Positions 61,801-64,000 of a stretch of 64,000 bases of DNA are shown here, piece after piece. A program made the translations under genes and the position numbers. Origin of the DNA: Amphiscolops sp. MND2022 (taxonomy: Eukaryota). The first letter of the stretch is position 1. Each line of letters opens with the position of its first letter. The stretch lies in NCBI GenBank assembly GCA_964187785.1, contig OZ076412.1, positions 17,980,001 through 18,044,000 of the forward strand. The letters are read 5' to 3'. The notes under the pieces were generated by a model. It had not been told where the DNA came from and did not search any database. It was given only the letters and a program-made list of their open reading frames with translations.

Positions 61801-64000
61801 TTTGGGATGGTTTTCGATGGAAATGCCTAAAAACGCGTCTTTTCAGATCAATTTTAAAGAAAATGTACATTTACTCTAGTTTGTATCTAGATCAATGCCT
61901 CGACCAATTTCGACCTGAATTCTGCAATTAAATGGTTTAATACCTATGAATCGTACTGTATTTTTGTTGAATTCATGTCTTTTTTTCGAAAAACTTTGTT
62001 ACTAAACTCCTCTTTTCAGTTCACTTTTATAGAAAATGTAGCCCTAGTCTAATTTGTATCTAGTTCAATGCCTCAACCGATTTCGACCTGAGTTCTGCAA
62101 TAAAATGGTCTGATACTATAGACTCAGACAATTTATAATAATTGTGTGCTTGTATAGTTGTGTTGTCCTATTTTTATGATGCTCTTTTACCGAATACCTG
62201 TTTGCTTAGTGCATATGATACGTTGTTCATAAAAAGATAGAACAAGATTGAAAACAGCTGATTTGCAATGAAGATATCTCTTTTATAGAAGGGCTAGAAT
62301 TCACCATAACGCAGTCAGTATAATCTTTAAAGTTATACGTGACCAACATAGAGTTCAAAAGAAGGCATGAACTAGAACCAGTCAAGTGGTTCATTGAAAA
62401 ACAGATTGTAAAACAGTATGTAATCTACGCGACTGCGCCGTTTTTGAAATTGAAGAACTTTAAGTTGTATTTCCCAGGTTGTCTGTTATGACCCGTTCAT
62501 GGAAAATTATCCTTGATCCTGGATGTTTCGACGCAATACTTCTAGTTTCATGATAAATCTTGGATGGCCCATGGCAGGGCATGGCCCCATGGATTTTGTC
62601 CCATGATTCATCCATGATGAGCCATGTTGCAAACTTCATTCAGAGTCGAAAATTTTCTCATTCTGAGGCAGATTGTGTCTCTTGTTCTGTCTCTTGTTTC
62701 TGAGAGTTACCTTAATAGCCTGGATAGAATTAAGGACGCTTTTCAGCACTGCATATCCTAAAGCCTCGAGATAGGTAAGGTTTAAGTTAGGGCTTTTGAT
62801 GGTTTTTGGGATGGTTTTCGATGGAAATGCCTAGAAACGCGTCTTTTCAGATCAATTTTAGAGAAAATGTAGAATTACTCTAGTTTGTATCTAGATCAAT
62901 GCCTCTACCAATTTCGACCTGAATTCTGCAATTATATGGTTTAATACCTATGAATCGTACTGAATTTTTGTTGAATTCATGTCTTTTTTTTTCGAAAATT
63001 CTTGTTATTAAACCCTCTTTTCAGTTCACTTTTATAGAAAATGTAGCCCTAGCCTAGTTTGTATCTAGTTCAATGCCTCAACTGATTTCGACCTGAATTC
63101 TGCAATAAAATGGTCTGATACTACAGACTCAGACAATTTATAACAATTGTTTGCTTGTATAGTTGTGTTGTCCTATTTATATGATGCTCTTTTACCGAAT
63201 ACCTGTTTGCTTAGTGCATATGATACATTGTTCATAAAGAGCTAGAACAAGATAGAAAACAGCTGAGTTGCAATGAAGATATCTCTTTTATAGAAGGGCT
63301 AGAATTCAATATAACGCAGTCAGTATAACCCTTATAGTTATACGTGACCATCATAGAGTTCAAAAGAAGGCATGAACTAGAACCAGTCAAGTGGTTCATT
63401 GAAAAACAGATTGTAAACCAGTATGTAATCTACGCGACTGCGCCGTTTTTGAAATTGAAGAACTTTAAGTAGTATTTCCCAGGTTGTCTGTTATGAGCCG
63501 TTCATGGAAAATTATCTTTGATCCTGGATGTTTCGACGCAATACTTCTAGTTTCATGGTGAATCTTGGATGGCCCAATTGCAGGGCATGGCCCCATGGAT
63601 TTTGTCCCATGATTCATCCATGATGAGCCATGTTTAAAACTTCATTCAAAGTCGAAAATGTTCTCATTCTGAGTCAGATTGTGTCTCTTGTTCTGTCTCT
63701 TGTTTCTGAGGGTTACCTTAATAGCCTGGATAGAATTAAGGACGCTTTTCAGCACCGCATATCCTGAAGCCTCGAGATAGGTAAGATTTAAGTTAGCACT
63801 AGGTGTGCTTTTGATGGTTTTCGGGAAGGTTTTCGATGGAAATGCCTAAAAACGCGTCTTTCCAGACCAATTTTAGAGAAAATGTAGAATTACTCTAGTT
63901 TGTATCTAGATCAATGCATCCACCAATTTCGACCTGAATCCTGCTATTATAAGGTTTAATACCTTTGAATCGTACTGTACTTTTGTTGAATTCATGTCTT
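55806..64000. repeat. Tandem satellite, ~1.01-kb monomer, extending past the window end
   Basis: Anchor A(A/T)AGTTATACGTGACC at 55811, 56264, 57279, 58297, 59308, 60313, 61317, 62329 and 63334 (periods 453, then 1004-1018). Confidence 0.97.

Overview
AT-rich eukaryotic (animal-like) DNA made almost entirely of transposable-element debris and tandem repeats. I found no intact host gene and no prokaryotic features. Main content: (i) 0-17 kb: MITEs, palindromes, Helitron-like repeats with tRNA-like boxes, an internally deleted Tc1/IS630-type element, and weak host-gene-like relics (LRR, FN3, cadherin/Ig-like, GPCR-like) on the minus strand. (ii) 18-26 kb: a decayed BEL/Pao pol, a decayed Ty3/Gypsy element with a tRNA-Trp PBS, and a second deleted Tc1. 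(iii) 28-38 kb: two long solo LTRs with TSDs, each carrying the start of a gag-like ORF. (iv) 43.3-55.7 kb: a near-complete minus-strand Ty3/Gypsy element with 1.7-kb LTRs. Its gag starts inside the LTR and it has a candidate -1 frameshift site. Two antisense ORFs of unknown function sit where env would be; this is the best candidate for an undescribed system. (v) 55.8-64 kb: a ~1.01-kb tandem satellite built partly from dispersed repeats seen earlier in the window. The LTR ORFs remind me of acoel flatworm repeats, but that is unverified recollection. All alignments and coordinates were done by eye.
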